A DNA stretch of 64,000 nucleotides from Chrysomallon squamiferum (lineage: Eukaryota; Animalia; Mollusca), in the NCBI GenBank assembly GCA_012295275.1, contig CM022676.1, forward strand, positions 12,648,001 to 12,712,000, written 5' to 3'. The notes below the pieces were generated by a model. That model saw only the letters and a program-made list of their open reading frames with translations. It made no database searches and was not told the DNA's origin. Made by a program: the position numbers and the translations under genes. Of the stretch, positions 54,590 through 64,000 are shown piece after piece (the stretch's first letter is position 1; every line of letters begins with the position of its first letter).

Positions 54590-57320
54590 CTTAGTCCTAG
54601 CTTCACATCTTTTAAATTAAAATAAAATGTAAATATGTTAACTACATTTATGTTCTTATTTGTTTTTTAGTTGCAGGTTTTTTTTTAATAATATCTTTTA
54701 AAAACAATAAAAACACCATTGGCAAAAAAAAATAAAAATAAAAAAAAAATAAAAAAAAAACAGGTTTGGACCACGTGGACCATAAGGAAGCAGCCAAAAA
54801 AAGGAACAACAACAGCAGCAAAAAAGAAACAACATCAGAAGCCAAAAAGAAACAACGACAGCAGCCAAGAGCAGAACAACCAGGACGGCAAACAACACAG
54901 ACCCGGTGATGGCTGAGAGATTGTGCCGGATATCACGGGGGGCGGATTGCGGATGCGATACATCCGTACCGACTCGTTACGATCCGATATGCTGGACACT
55001 CCCTTGTGTCCTGCAATCGTGGCGAGAATCCATTCTTTTCCCTACCCAAAACTCTTTTCTGCGACGGACACGCCCGCTGACCTGTCAGAAAGCGTGCCCG
55101 TCGCAGACGTGCTTCACAACAGCTTGCTCTGATTAGCACGTTAATTTTTTTCCATTCCATTCCAATAATAATAATAATAATAATGGTATGATAATAAACT
55201 GAAATTTATGTTTTATTTCACAATGTCATTATACTTGATGAAGACAATTCAGTAAATTGTCTGCAAATACTTGGTAGTTTTATTTTTTAGTGAATTACAC
55301 AGTATACAGGATCAGCAACAAACTATGAACAGGTAAATATCAATTACTTTATTTTTATAAGTCAAGAAATCTGATGTCAGTGGATCCATAACCCAAGAAA
55401 TAAACTAAGGGTCATCAATTATAAAATTCAAAGTACAGATAGATTTGGTTGATATGAGTTGTTTCAGGTTGTAGGTACAAGTTGTCTTGATTAAAAGGTA
55501 TCTTGTACCGATGACAAGTGAATGCTGTTTGGAACAAGTAATACAAGAATGTCTTCTTGACTCTGGGAAGAGATGGTTAGAAATTATACAATATTTATGA
55601 ACATAAGTTAGCAGTGAAAATGTTTCAGTATTCAATCAAAATCAGCACTAGGTCATACAAGACAGGCACATTTTATCAAAAACGGTTTCTGTATTTTTAG
55701 TTCTGAAACATACTTGTCCCAAATTTGAAAAAATATCCCCATTACCGTAAGAATACTTTCTAATGAGAGGCCATATAATGTTTGAAACCATTGTCGCATT
55801 AACTAAAGAGGGTACCATGAACTTGTTTTATATTGGAAAAAAGGAACTTAAAAACAGATAACCAACAGATGAAAATATATTTTCAATTTATTATTCTGTA
55901 TTGACAGTTTAACAACACTGTGAAATGGAAACTATGACAAAACGACAAATAATGATAATCACCATTTACTCATTACTATTAGTATGAGCACAAGTTTTGA
56001 AGCTGTGAACATGCATTTTGACATTTTACCCCATTGTTGACTTGTCAAAGTCTTTTCGTAGGTTTAATAATATAATAATACCATGCCTAGATAATTTCAT
56101 TATATAAATCCATTTCCAGTCTTATGTAATGGGATACATGCAACAAACTAATGATTACCTATAGCAAAAAATATAATAATAATAAAAGATGTATTATAAT
56201 TACAAGTTAGAATCACATGAATTATGTATGTGATGAAAATAATAACTGCATGCAGCAAAAGGTCACCCTATTTTTGTGATGTGTAATCACTTTTTTTGAA
56301 AGAGGTTTCCTCATTTAAGCTTCTGTTTCATTATCAATTTTACGCATTTTTCCAAAATAACAAATATCATGATGTAGTCTGCATATTGAGCTTCATCTAC
56401 ATATTCAATTCTTGTATGAGAATCAACAGACAAGTTTACTATTTCAAAAAAGTGTTCTGTGACTAAGGTAAGCTTATTCAGGTCTTTAAATCATAATTTG
56501 AATATAATGCCTTTCTCTCATGGTCTGCCAAATTTCATATAATTATTTAAGGTAGCGGATACTTAATTTGGGGCGTTCTCAGCAAATGATGTAGCCATGG
56601 CAATTATTGTTATTATGGATATCTGAGAAGATCAATGGTTCATTGTTTGTGTGGTGCGATAATATTTTCTTTTTGATAATGCTGATTATGAACTGTGTCA
56701 GTAGCAAATTAGATTGTTATAACTGTTTGAGATCTGTATAATGAAGACATAAGGCAAATCTTATTCATTAATTAGCTTATAAAAAATGTTTGCCAAATAC
56801 TTGAAAAAGTCATGGCCTCTACAATTCATCCAAAGTTTCATCTTGAAAAATGATCTTTTTGTATAATGGTTTAACTTCTAGTGATTTTTTTAATTCAAAT
56901 ATAACTAAGATGTAAGGTAACATTCAAGTTAATTAGATTTGAAACTATATCTGCTTTCTGATAAAAGTTATATGTAAGTTTATAGGAAAATCTTATTTCT
57001 GAAATTTTTGTCACATACCTTACCTACATTACATGAATACTTATACATGCATCAACTTTTTGAAACTAAATAGGACGGTAATAACTTAATTGATGTACAA
57101 GGAACAATACTATACAATGCAGAAAAATAATCTGATCAGGTGAACATTAATTAACTATCAATATTTAATATTATTATTATACTATTATAATTAAGTATTA
57201 TAGCAGTTGCCTTCATTAGTATTATTTAATTTACAATGATACAACCGTAATACCTGAAATAATACCGAATCGGCTGAAAAATAACACAACCGCCGCACAT
57301 ACTCTCCAAGCGTTTGACAT
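36685..57320 (-). CDS. Gene B: IgSF type I receptor (SP-7 Ig-FN3-TM-short tail with 2 ITAM-type modules), ~953 aa, spliced; paralog of gene A
   Basis: Exons (minus strand): 57320-57254, 47359-47054, 44675-44337, 43683-43420, 43053-42736, 42389-42093, 41288-40992, 40079-39441, 37900-37763, 37677-37579, 36782-36685. Total 2862 nt, open to TGA. Exons 1-9 have exactly the same lengths as in gene A. Confidence 0.85.
37091..37333. mobile_element. hAT-type MITE between the two ITAM exons of gene B
   Basis: TIR caggggtcaccaac / gttggtgatccgtg; 8-bp TSD tactaaag / ttctaaag. Confidence 0.8.
37579..37677 (-). CDS. Gene B exon 10, ITAM module 1
   Basis: ttttaaag acceptor, gtaact donor. ENKPPETTYEGLQQNRETTQYSRIEMYENLRQT. 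Confidence 0.85.
37763..37900 (-). CDS. Gene B exon 9, transmembrane segment
   Basis: DLEEKTGSNSLLGAAVGGAVGSVTVIVVIVILVLSLRRRGHFSRKS; ttacag acceptor, gtaatt donor. Confidence 0.9.
38187..38330. mobile_element. Tc1/pogo(Tigger)-like terminal fragment
   Basis: TA followed by cagtagtaccttgacttacgag; the second TIR was not found. Confidence 0.4.
39441..40079 (-). CDS. Gene B exon 8, Ig-like D7 plus FN3
   Basis: 639 nt paralog of 24524-25162. Confidence 0.92.
40857..40942. repeat. (AAT)n(AAG)n compound microsatellite, gene B intron 7 only
   Basis: Direct inspection; absent from the gene A intron. Confidence 0.95.
40992..41288 (-). CDS. Gene B exon 7, Ig-like D6
   Basis: 297 nt paralog of 23688-23984. 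Confidence 0.92.
42093..42389 (-). CDS. Gene B exon 6, Ig-like D5
   Basis: 297 nt paralog of 22600-22896. Confidence 0.92.
42736..43053 (-). CDS. Gene B exon 5, Ig-like D4
   Basis: 318 nt; translation identical to gene A. Confidence 0.92.
43420..43683 (-). CDS. Gene B exon 4, Ig-like D3
   Basis: 264 nt paralog of 21334-21597. Confidence 0.92.
44337..44675 (-). CDS. Gene B exon 3, Ig-like D2
   Basis: 339 nt paralog of 20437-20775. Confidence 0.92.
47054..47359 (-). CDS. Gene B exon 2, Ig-like D1
   Basis: 306 nt, same splice sites as gene A exon 2, about 13 aa differences. Confidence 0.9.
48932..50408 (+). CDS. LINE ORF1 (gag-like nucleic-acid-binding protein), one frameshift in the A9 run at 49216-49224
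   Basis: CGHCQKWGHITNQC, CSFCGGNH, CANCQGPH zinc knuckles. The N-terminus (MATKN...) joins in frame if one A is removed. Confidence 0.85.
50405..53281 (+). CDS. LINE ORF2: apurinic endonuclease plus reverse transcriptase
   Basis: QWNAKG, ICIQETW, GDFNCH, SDHHPI (APE); GPDKI, YRPITL, QSGFR, DIEKAFD, GIPQGSVISP, FADD, KFLGV (RT). Confidence 0.95.
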   Translation: MNKNKTKTNSNNHLQTLHDKHAKNTGLSVLQWNAKGLHSTGHGDELLHFLASTTNTPDIICIQETWLGHHNKNNKTTKTFTVPGYQSHYVNRYNSTRGGIMTLVKQDIPYTKLNQAKVHANIEILSITIHNNNQNIDIINIYSPPTPALHTIQTQDLNKIITTNNKVIIVGDFNCHNTLWGGSTDDSPGIVLEDFLEQNQLVCLNDGTFTYTSDINGGQTAIDVTFTSKDIAALSEWQVLDELNSDHHPILTNYNSKNTFSDRSIFTPKWNFNKADWEGFYTACRNINTQNSNDIDAYRASLTNTIHAIAIRYIPKTRKCTGKISTPWCTERIENKCKERNKYRRQYKKDRNHSTHEKYKISKKEVSNLILTAKQEHWELFCNNINHKTSVKDMWAKVKNIQGKKPHRINTLGKTNIAFTDKQKADLLSQTFAKSSSNSNFPLKFAKKQLDNQAIGEQSADTENRTYNQLFNISELKYALKNKKSTATGPDKISYTILQHLPDETLLVILELYNTIWTTGKIPTNWKHAECFSLPKPHKDHSLPNSYRPITLTSHMCKTFETMINTRLNQHLNDNNLISKFQSGFRKKHSTNDQITRLHTSINQSFRKSKKVIAVFLDIEKAFDMVWREGLLIKLINNNIKGNMFNFIKDFINNRSIAVKVNGHTSEKTTIENGIPQGSVISPTLFNIYINDIVTALDRQDNDRNPPKEPINTALFADDCAFWRAGRSTAAIQKQIQKDLNNINDWALKWGIKISLSKTTCLLFNKKSDNSKITLNIDNNFITQTKTFKFLGVTFDSQLNFRCHIYNIIASCKKTINLLKLISGTSWGANESTLILIHKACILSKLDYGATAYSNAPKLYLKKLDIIQSSALRVIGHLPNSTPSDSLLSEYSIQPLKYRRKLQLLKYNLKIHTLNTDHPVKDLVPDEQRIGQLFKSHSLLLSNFPTTASDNRKGNRNR
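53395..54300 (+). CDS. LINE ORF2 C-terminal part: RNase H and CCHC finger (separated from RT by two +1 frameshifts)
   Basis: IYTDGSK, AELVAI, FSDSLS, WLPAHVGILGNELAD; CSCGLSETMKHYLFHC. Confidence 0.92.
   Translation: MAAANDHYNQHTHIYTDGSKNPDNGRVGFAFIAQDHTNKPTCIQFGRIRNHLSVYTAELVAIIRAMLWVKHNNNKRTVIFSDSLSSVISIQTGSSSRPDLLSKIQQLHEEIQHNNKEVTIEWLPAHVGILGNELADHYAKESLTIKDEDICTDIHYGINEIVSIAAKHYDKQWQNEWNNTKNKWHLNIKPLAKTPKITLANKLYNNNLTKVRIGYSNNLNAILYKHNIITSPNCSCGLSETMKHYLFHCPNFAKERQALCNTLEELKIEFTLQHILAPNVKDRELVLAAVTNYILKTKHKL
57254..57320 (-). CDS. Gene B exon 1, signal peptide (identical to gene A)
   Basis: Reverse complement of 15365-15431 including the donor site. Confidence 0.75.
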
Positions 57321-58687
57321 GGTTCCTTTGGTTCAAACTTTTCTTTCTGAATGGTTTGATTTCACAGCTTGAAAATCCGTCATATCCGTTAGATTATAAT
57401 ATTAATTTTAAAAAAATAAAAAAATAAATATTAATTATATAAATATTTTAACGAAATCATAAATCCTCCAAAACCAAAATTCATCTGAATAATTAACATT
57501 TTCCATGGTACGAAAGCGCACTAATGAAACCAAGTCAAACTAACGTTTGAATATTATTCCGTCGGGAGATAACTCTCGTGATGCTGGCATTACTCTCCAT
57601 AGTCCAATGAAAGATAAACAGGACTGGTAATTACATAACCATTTATTTTTATTACTTTGGAAGCATTTTTTCAATTTATCTAGTATGTAATTCATTTTCT
57701 GAAAACATGACACACACGTATAATAAATAGAGTATAAAGCAAAAAGTACTTAATTTGATTGTACTCAGTTTGTATTGTATGTTAGTGTATTCACATATTT
57801 AATTTTTATGCTTTGTAAAAGATAATAATAATAAAAATAGGAGAAAGATTTGAAAAAGTGACAAGAAAATATTTTACTTTGCTCATAACAGTTTTATTTA
57901 TAAATAATAAAATGTATTCCAGTTTTAAGTGTCTCATAATTTGAATTGTCAATGGACCTTGTAATTGTCACAGGGTCCACACCATCGAACATCCTGAATG
58001 TTTTACTACAGCTCAGTCTAGGATGACAAGAAATTTAAATCCTAAACTGACATCAATCTATATAAACCAATAATTATTTCTATCCGCTAGAGAAATAAAC
58101 ACAATATGAATTAAAATACTTTAACTATTTAATTATGTTACAAATAATAATAATAATGCAACAATGTATGAAACGTCATTATAATTTAAATATCTTTTTC
58201 TCACGATAATATCATATTACGAGGAACCAATATAAAAATAAGAATCTGTACAGACAGTAGATTAAAGAAGTTAAAATATATCTGATGGAATTGTTTCTGA
58301 CACATGTTGATTATACATGACACTCTATCAAACTAAGAACAAACAAAGGCTGACCAACACTCATTAGTTCTCTGTCTGACCTACTGGCAGTCACTTTGTT
58401 TTTGTTTTGTTTTTAAATTGCTAAATGCCAGCCCTTTTAAAGCATCGCCATGGAGTTAAAAAAAATTGTTGGTACAAATAAAACATGTGATCATAACAAA
58501 AAAGTATTTAACAAAAGAAATTGGGTTTTTAATTTGAATACAAAAATTGACATTATATATTATGATTTACAAACATCTTAGAATGCTCTGACAGTAACAA
58601 TGAACACAGTATAAAGCTGGAAACAAAATATATTACATTGAGAAATTAAAAACTAATTAAACATTTTTTTAATTTTTTTTAACTTAC

Positions 58688-58993
58688 TGCGAACTTGTAA
58701 ATCAAAACTCCTGCTGTAATTCTCACCATATGCACATAACCACTCAGTTTCATCTACAAGACTGACACTGTTTATTGTCAGAGTGAGGAGTGTAGAAGTT
58801 CCAGTCTGACCAGCACATTTACAAGAGTAACCTGGAACAGGACGAATGTTTCTACAAGATGACAGAACTATACAAACACCATTTCCATTTCTTACAAAGA
58901 CAACAGGTAAAGTGATGCTTTCTGATACAGAACACTGGAATGTGTAGCTTTGACTGAACACAGCAAACGGAGAACCAGAAAGGCTTACAAAAC
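58688..58993 (-). CDS. Third copy of the D1 Ig-like exon (intact ORF and splice sites): alternative first domain or orphan exon
   Basis: tttgtag|GT...CGCA|gtaag, 306 nt, no stops. Followed by ~1 kb of intron-2 homology (to ~57655) and no further exons of its own. Confidence 0.75.
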
Positions 58994-59365
58994 CTACAAA
59001 ACAGTTTCAATAATTATATTAATAAAGGAAAAATATATGAAGAAAAAAGTAAAATATAGTAATATAAAATAGTATTAAATTAAATTTAATAAAGAATAAA
59101 ATAGGAAAATATAAAATGTTATGACTATCTATATCTCTGTCTATGTGTATATATATATATGTTTGTCTGTGTGTGTGTTTGTATATACATAGAAACAAAC
59201 ACACACCAACATATACGTAAAGAAAAATAAATAATAAATAACAAAAGTAACTGTTTAAATGAATAAACATTTAATAAACAATAAAACTGTTTGAATGCTT
59301 TATTAATATTCCTTATTTGGAAATGATCTATGTATCTGTCTATCTGTGCATGTTCTCTCTCCATG

Positions 59366-59406
<41 letters not shown>

Positions 59407-60485
59407 AAATAAAAAATCTTCAGTGTTCTTTTGGTGTTTGTTTGTTTTATTGTTATTTCTTGTTTTTCTCATCATTTCGTATTGTCTTATTTTCCTGGTT
59501 TTGATTTCTACTGTGGTAAACAGTTATTCGTTTTGGTTGAGCAGGCGCTTCCGTATGTTAGATTGTTTTGTGGGTTTTCTCTGTTTAAACTCTACATCAG
59601 TTTGTATTGACGGTGATCTTAATGATTTGTAAGCCGTGAATACTAATTTTAATGTCATAAACTACACCAACTATCTCACTCAAGTCAGGGAGAAAATTCT
59701 GTACTGGATCCAGCTAAAGGACGAGTTTTACACGACTGACAGAAACGTGGAGTGGTTGTGTGGCGTGTATCTGGTATTCTCCTCAATTATTCATGATAAA
59801 AGAACATATTATGTTCTTAGTGTATATCATCTCATATCCAACCGAGCACTTTACAAATAGGTTCCAGAAGACGAAAGTCTCAATAAGTAGAAAGTGTTGT
59901 AGTTAAATTCGATAATTTATGATTTTAACATATAAAAATTAACTAATAAACTGACGTAAATGCAGAAAGACAGACATACAGAAAACTATGGACGGACAGA
60001 CATATTTACATCAAATCCGTTGAAACTTAATTTGGTGCCGATATTATTGTAAATTTTATTAATATTTTATTTATTTGTAATGATAATAAATAATAAATAA
60101 TGCAGCTTCATTCTTTAGAATATCGATTTGAAATAAAGACGGGATTTATGAACTGTATGTTCGGTCAACCTGTTTTCTGGTTACTGCTTCTTAACCGCTT
60201 ATAAATCCAATTTAGTTCATATTTGAGTATGAAAAATGTATAGCTCTTAAAATAAAATTATTACCTGACAATTTATTTTATGAATTTTTTATCTGAAAAT
60301 ATATTTGAATTGTTAAAACTGAAACCGATTCAGTATTGCATTTGCAAATGTAACAGCGGAAACGCGGTCAGAGATGATGGGGAATAAAATAATTATCATG
60401 TCTAGGAACACTAAAAAAAGAACGGAGTTTGAAATCCTAGGGCTTTAATAAAAGGTAGTCTCTGACTATATCAAGATCAATGTGG

Positions 60486-60489
<4 letters not shown>

Positions 60490-60580
<91 letters not shown>
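60490..60580. repeat. (AG)n microsatellite
   Basis: Direct inspection. Confidence 0.97.
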
Positions 60581-60584
<4 letters not shown>

Positions 60585-60664
60585 TGCATTAGTAGCGTCC
60601 ACACTCCAGTGAACAACTTAACCTCTGTAATCATACTAGTGTCTAATAAATAAATAAAAAATAA

Positions 60665-60718
<54 letters not shown>

Positions 60719-61129
60719 TAATAATACTAATAATAACAACAATAATATTAACAATATTAATAATAATTAAAACAACAGCAAGAACAATAAAATCACGGTG
60801 CCAAAGCTTAAAGTGCTCATTGTCTAGGGGTAAAAGCCACTGTGACAAGGACTGGTCAGTTATAAATTGTGAGATATATGTATATAATAGATACATAATA
60901 CATCAGGAGAAGTGCAGTTTATTTACATATTTTGTAAAAAAATAAAATACACTAAATTGTTTACGCTTGTCGCTGAAACCTGAGTGAAAATAATTAAAGA
61001 ATCGATCACGGAAGAATCGAGTTATAACATTAATATAAATTTAGCATGTGTGTGCGTATATATATATATATATATCTATATATATATATGTACACAACTT
61101 AACTTACGCTACCTAATGACGGTATCACT

Positions 61130-61285
61130 GCGTGTCAAAGGAAGGCCACAGTGTCAAGGTCTGTCCCTTGACCTCCAAGTTCATCAAACTTGTCAACCGC
61201 CCGCTTGTCGCTTCCCGAACCAGACTTGAACTCGCCTCGTCTCAGCCGCGAAGCCCGTGTATTAGATTACTGCGGACGTCGGTGA
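61130..61285 (-). mobile_element. Possible tRNA-derived SINE relic
   Basis: GC-rich island with a B-box-like gagttcaagtc on the minus strand; A box degenerate. Confidence 0.35.
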
Positions 61286-61808
61286 AATCCGCGTAATTAA
61301 AGAAAGAAGTAGCTACTCGGGCAGACACATTTCAGAGCTGTGTTAGTTTGTCACACAAAACGTGTCTTATCTTGGCCGCTAATTAACGTAACTAAAAATT
61401 TAAAAACTTCCTTTAGAAGTTCGTCATCGCATATTTTGCAACGGACAGTGAGACATCTTTAATGAGTTGCATACATCGGCAGCTAAGTTTATTTACTGAT
61501 TATAATTATGAATACATATTTATTTAATACTTGTTGTTTTTTTTTCTTTTCTGTATTTAATGTATAGAGACTAGATAATCTCAGGATTGCATATATGTAA
61601 AAATCAGAACGATAACAAACATTTTTAGTAAGTTTGGGCAAAAGAAATGTGTCTAATGAAACTGTCTTATAGATAACCGGGTTTTACGTTAAACAATGAC
61701 AATATTATCTATCTTCGACACAAATGATAATAATAATACTAATAATAATGAGGAGCAGGAGGGGCAGGAGGACGACGATAATCATAATAATCTTAATTTT
61801 AGATTTAC

Positions 61809-61899
61809 TTAAAATCCCTAGAAATGAGGAATCAGAATTTCCACGAAAATTATCCAAACATAGCAAAACTATGCTTAATGAAAACACTTGTTTGAACAT
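61809..61899 (-). CDS. Candidate leader exon for the third D1 copy (MFKQVFSLSIVLLCLDNFRGNSDSSFLGIL)
   Basis: ATG, Lys, hydrophobic stretch, phase-1 gtaaat donor compatible with the 58993 acceptor. It lies next to an assembly gap and could be chance. Confidence 0.25.
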
Positions 61900-61940
61900 G
61901 TTTTCGTATACAGTGTTGCTAATTTGTATAATTTCAGCTA

Positions 61941-62140
61941 NNNNNNNNNNNNNNNNNNNNNNNNNNNNNNNNNNNNNNNNNNNNNNNNNNNNNNNNNNNN
62001 NNNNNNNNNNNNNNNNNNNNNNNNNNNNNNNNNNNNNNNNNNNNNNNNNNNNNNNNNNNNNNNNNNNNNNNNNNNNNNNNNNNNNNNNNNNNNNNNNNNN
62101 NNNNNNNNNNNNNNNNNNNNNNNNNNNNNNNNNNNNNNNN
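61941..62140. other. Assembly gap (200 N)
   Basis: Run of N. Confidence 1.
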
Positions 62141-64000
62141 ATATTGCACATATATCTATCTCTCAAGCACGTCTATCTCCAGAAGTGAAAGTCTTGTCCC
62201 AGTCAAGCACTTATATTCGTTCTTAATGACCTTCAAAAATTCAAATGCTGACAACAGTAAAAACCTGTTTCCCAAAGTTTTTTTGTGGTCCTAGACTATT
62301 GATTTAATTGAAATTAGCCTCCGAAAACTCAAAGCAGAGAACAGTAAGTTCTTCTTTAAGCGGAAAAAAATTAACTTGATATAGGTCATCTGCCTATGTA
62401 AGGCTAAGGGCTTCTTTACATAATATATAATTGCATACAGTCCTCAAAGAACTGCGACAGTGAACTATTAATTCTTACTCATTAATGTTTCTTTGTATTT
62501 ACAAAGAAATGTATTGTGGGAAACGTTATTTGCAATTTAAATGTGAGTTAAGAGAACTGTGTGAATTATGTTTTTAAATCTGAATACATACATACATTCA
62601 TATATAGATAGATAGCTAGATATATAGATATATGCTTATATATACAGACCTGTACATGTATATTCATTAGAAGAAACTGCTGTAAACGTTTGAATTCCCT
62701 GAAAGTTAACCTATTTTATTGATACTTTTCAGTTTTGAATTATCAAGGTGTATCTGTGTCTGTACATACATACACACAGTCTAAACTCGTCTAACAGTCA
62801 GCTGTTCAAAATCTCACCACAAATTCACACAAAAGCATTTCCTTCTTTAAATGAGCTGTTCTGTGCAGTCACTGGTTTATAACCGCCAGCAGCCAATGTT
62901 TTTCACTGAAAATAATCAACTGAACCTTCTATAATTGTCACCGTTTTTACATATTTTAATAGCTTTCCAATGGGGCTAAAAGCAGCCAGAGCCTAATGCT
63001 TGCAAAATATTTAACATGGTTTTCACTGTTGAGTGTTTAAAACATCCTGTTTTACATACAGGTTATGAATTCACAGAAAAACTCATGATCAAAGAAACAA
63101 CAACACTCCGTTTATGAACAAATCTTTATCTTTTTTTCTCCATGCAATTCATAAAGTTTTTGTCTGTTTGTAAGCCAAATTAACAGAGGTTAAAAAACAC
63201 TGATTCTGCACTGACTGGCTGAACTCTAACTGTCTACCACTAACCAGTTAAAGTGAATGCATATAACATTGGCTGGGACTTTTACTGAGACTAGGATGTC
63301 AACAATGACCACTACGTTGGTATCATCCATGTCAGTGGTATCCATCATTTTCCCTGAGTCAAACACCTTCGTTATGGCTGTCTTAAGTCTGTGTTTACTC
63401 AGATTCCACAAACTTGCATAATTTACGTTAATTTAATAATGAAATGTGTTGATTAGATGAAATCACATTATATTGTGAAAAGAATAATTTTCAAGCATTC
63501 TTTACCATTTTTTGAGCAAAAATAATCATCTCATTGGGGAGAAAAGTGTAATTAAGAACAACAAAAAAAACAGTAACTTATTTTTATTTTATACTTTGAC
63601 AAAGAATAGTTTCACACACACAATTAGTTGACATTGTTGTTCTACATCTGTAATATATATTTTACAAATGTGAAGGTAAGTAAATATAACACAAACAAAA
63701 AAATAAGTCAAATATAATATTGCCAATTTTGAGTTCCATTGCTTTCAACCACAAAGAATCCATGTAAAGATCATCAATAGGCATCTTTGTTTCTCTAGGA
63801 GCATTTTTGGAATTTTTTAATTTCTATAAACACAAATCTCCTTAAACCATTCAAATAACTGACTAAGCAGTTTGGGCCTACAATGACTGAGTACTACAGA
63901 GCAGCTGATCATGTAGAAGGAAACAAAAAATTCATTGTTTTACTGTTCTGATTAGCCTGACAATAAACACAGTTTTTTGTAAACTTATACAAAAATTATT

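Larger units (their letters stand above)
48454..55164 (+). mobile_element. Full-length non-LTR retrotransposon, I-group (I/Nimb/Loa-like) with RNase H
   Basis: ORF1 with CCHC knuckles, ORF2 APE-RT-RNase H-CCHC, long 3' UTR, (TTCCA)n tail; (AAT)n on both sides is the probable target site. Confidence 0.93.
39340..57605 (-). repeat. Right arm of the inverted duplication, interrupted by a ~7.7 kb insertion (~48156-55845)
   Basis: Homology to gene A intron 1 stops at ~48155 and resumes at ~55845. Confidence 0.9.

Noticed and set aside
55070-55100. Hammerhead ribozyme in the LINE 3' UTR (CUGA...GAAA)
   Set aside because: The core reads CUGACCU rather than CUGANGA, and no stem III with a UH cleavage site can be built; it is an ordinary hairpin.
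39340-57605. Inverted copy as a haplotype or assembly artefact
   Set aside because: The copy has its own diverged TM exon and coherent, different tail exons, private insertions and many substitutions. Long-read confirmation is still desirable.
59636-59860. ORF containing EWLCG as a fourth D1-like exon
   Set aside because: Only a 4-residue resemblance; no other Ig or Cys pattern and no convincing splice sites.
61705-62226. ORFs spanning the N run
   Set aside because: Artefacts of the assembly gap.

Overview
AT-rich, intron-rich animal genomic DNA. An invertebrate (mollusc-like) origin is inferred from composition and repeat content and is not proven. The window is dominated by two multi-exon type I membrane receptors of the immunoglobulin superfamily (signal peptide, 7 Ig-like domains, FN3, TM), arranged tail-to-tail as a ~10 kb inverted duplication. 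Gene A (+, 15365..30888, ~1096 aa) ends in two tandem ITIMs (LLYVGI, VEYVSI). Gene B (-, 57320..36685, ~953 aa) has a near-identical ectodomain but an unrelated short tail of two duplicated ITAM-type modules (YEGL-x8-YSRI, YECL-x8-YTNL). This is the architecture of a paired inhibitory/activating immune receptor. A third, mosaic copy of the membrane-distal domain exon lies upstream of gene B (58688..58993), and a leader+FN3 gene relic sits between the two genes. Mobile DNA: a near-intact RNase H-bearing I-group LINE in gene B intron 1 plus two truncated copies, older LINE relics, two solo LTRs, and MULE- and hAT-type MITEs. There is a 200-N assembly gap. All gene models were built by eye from GT-AG boundaries and phase continuity; no transcript evidence was available.
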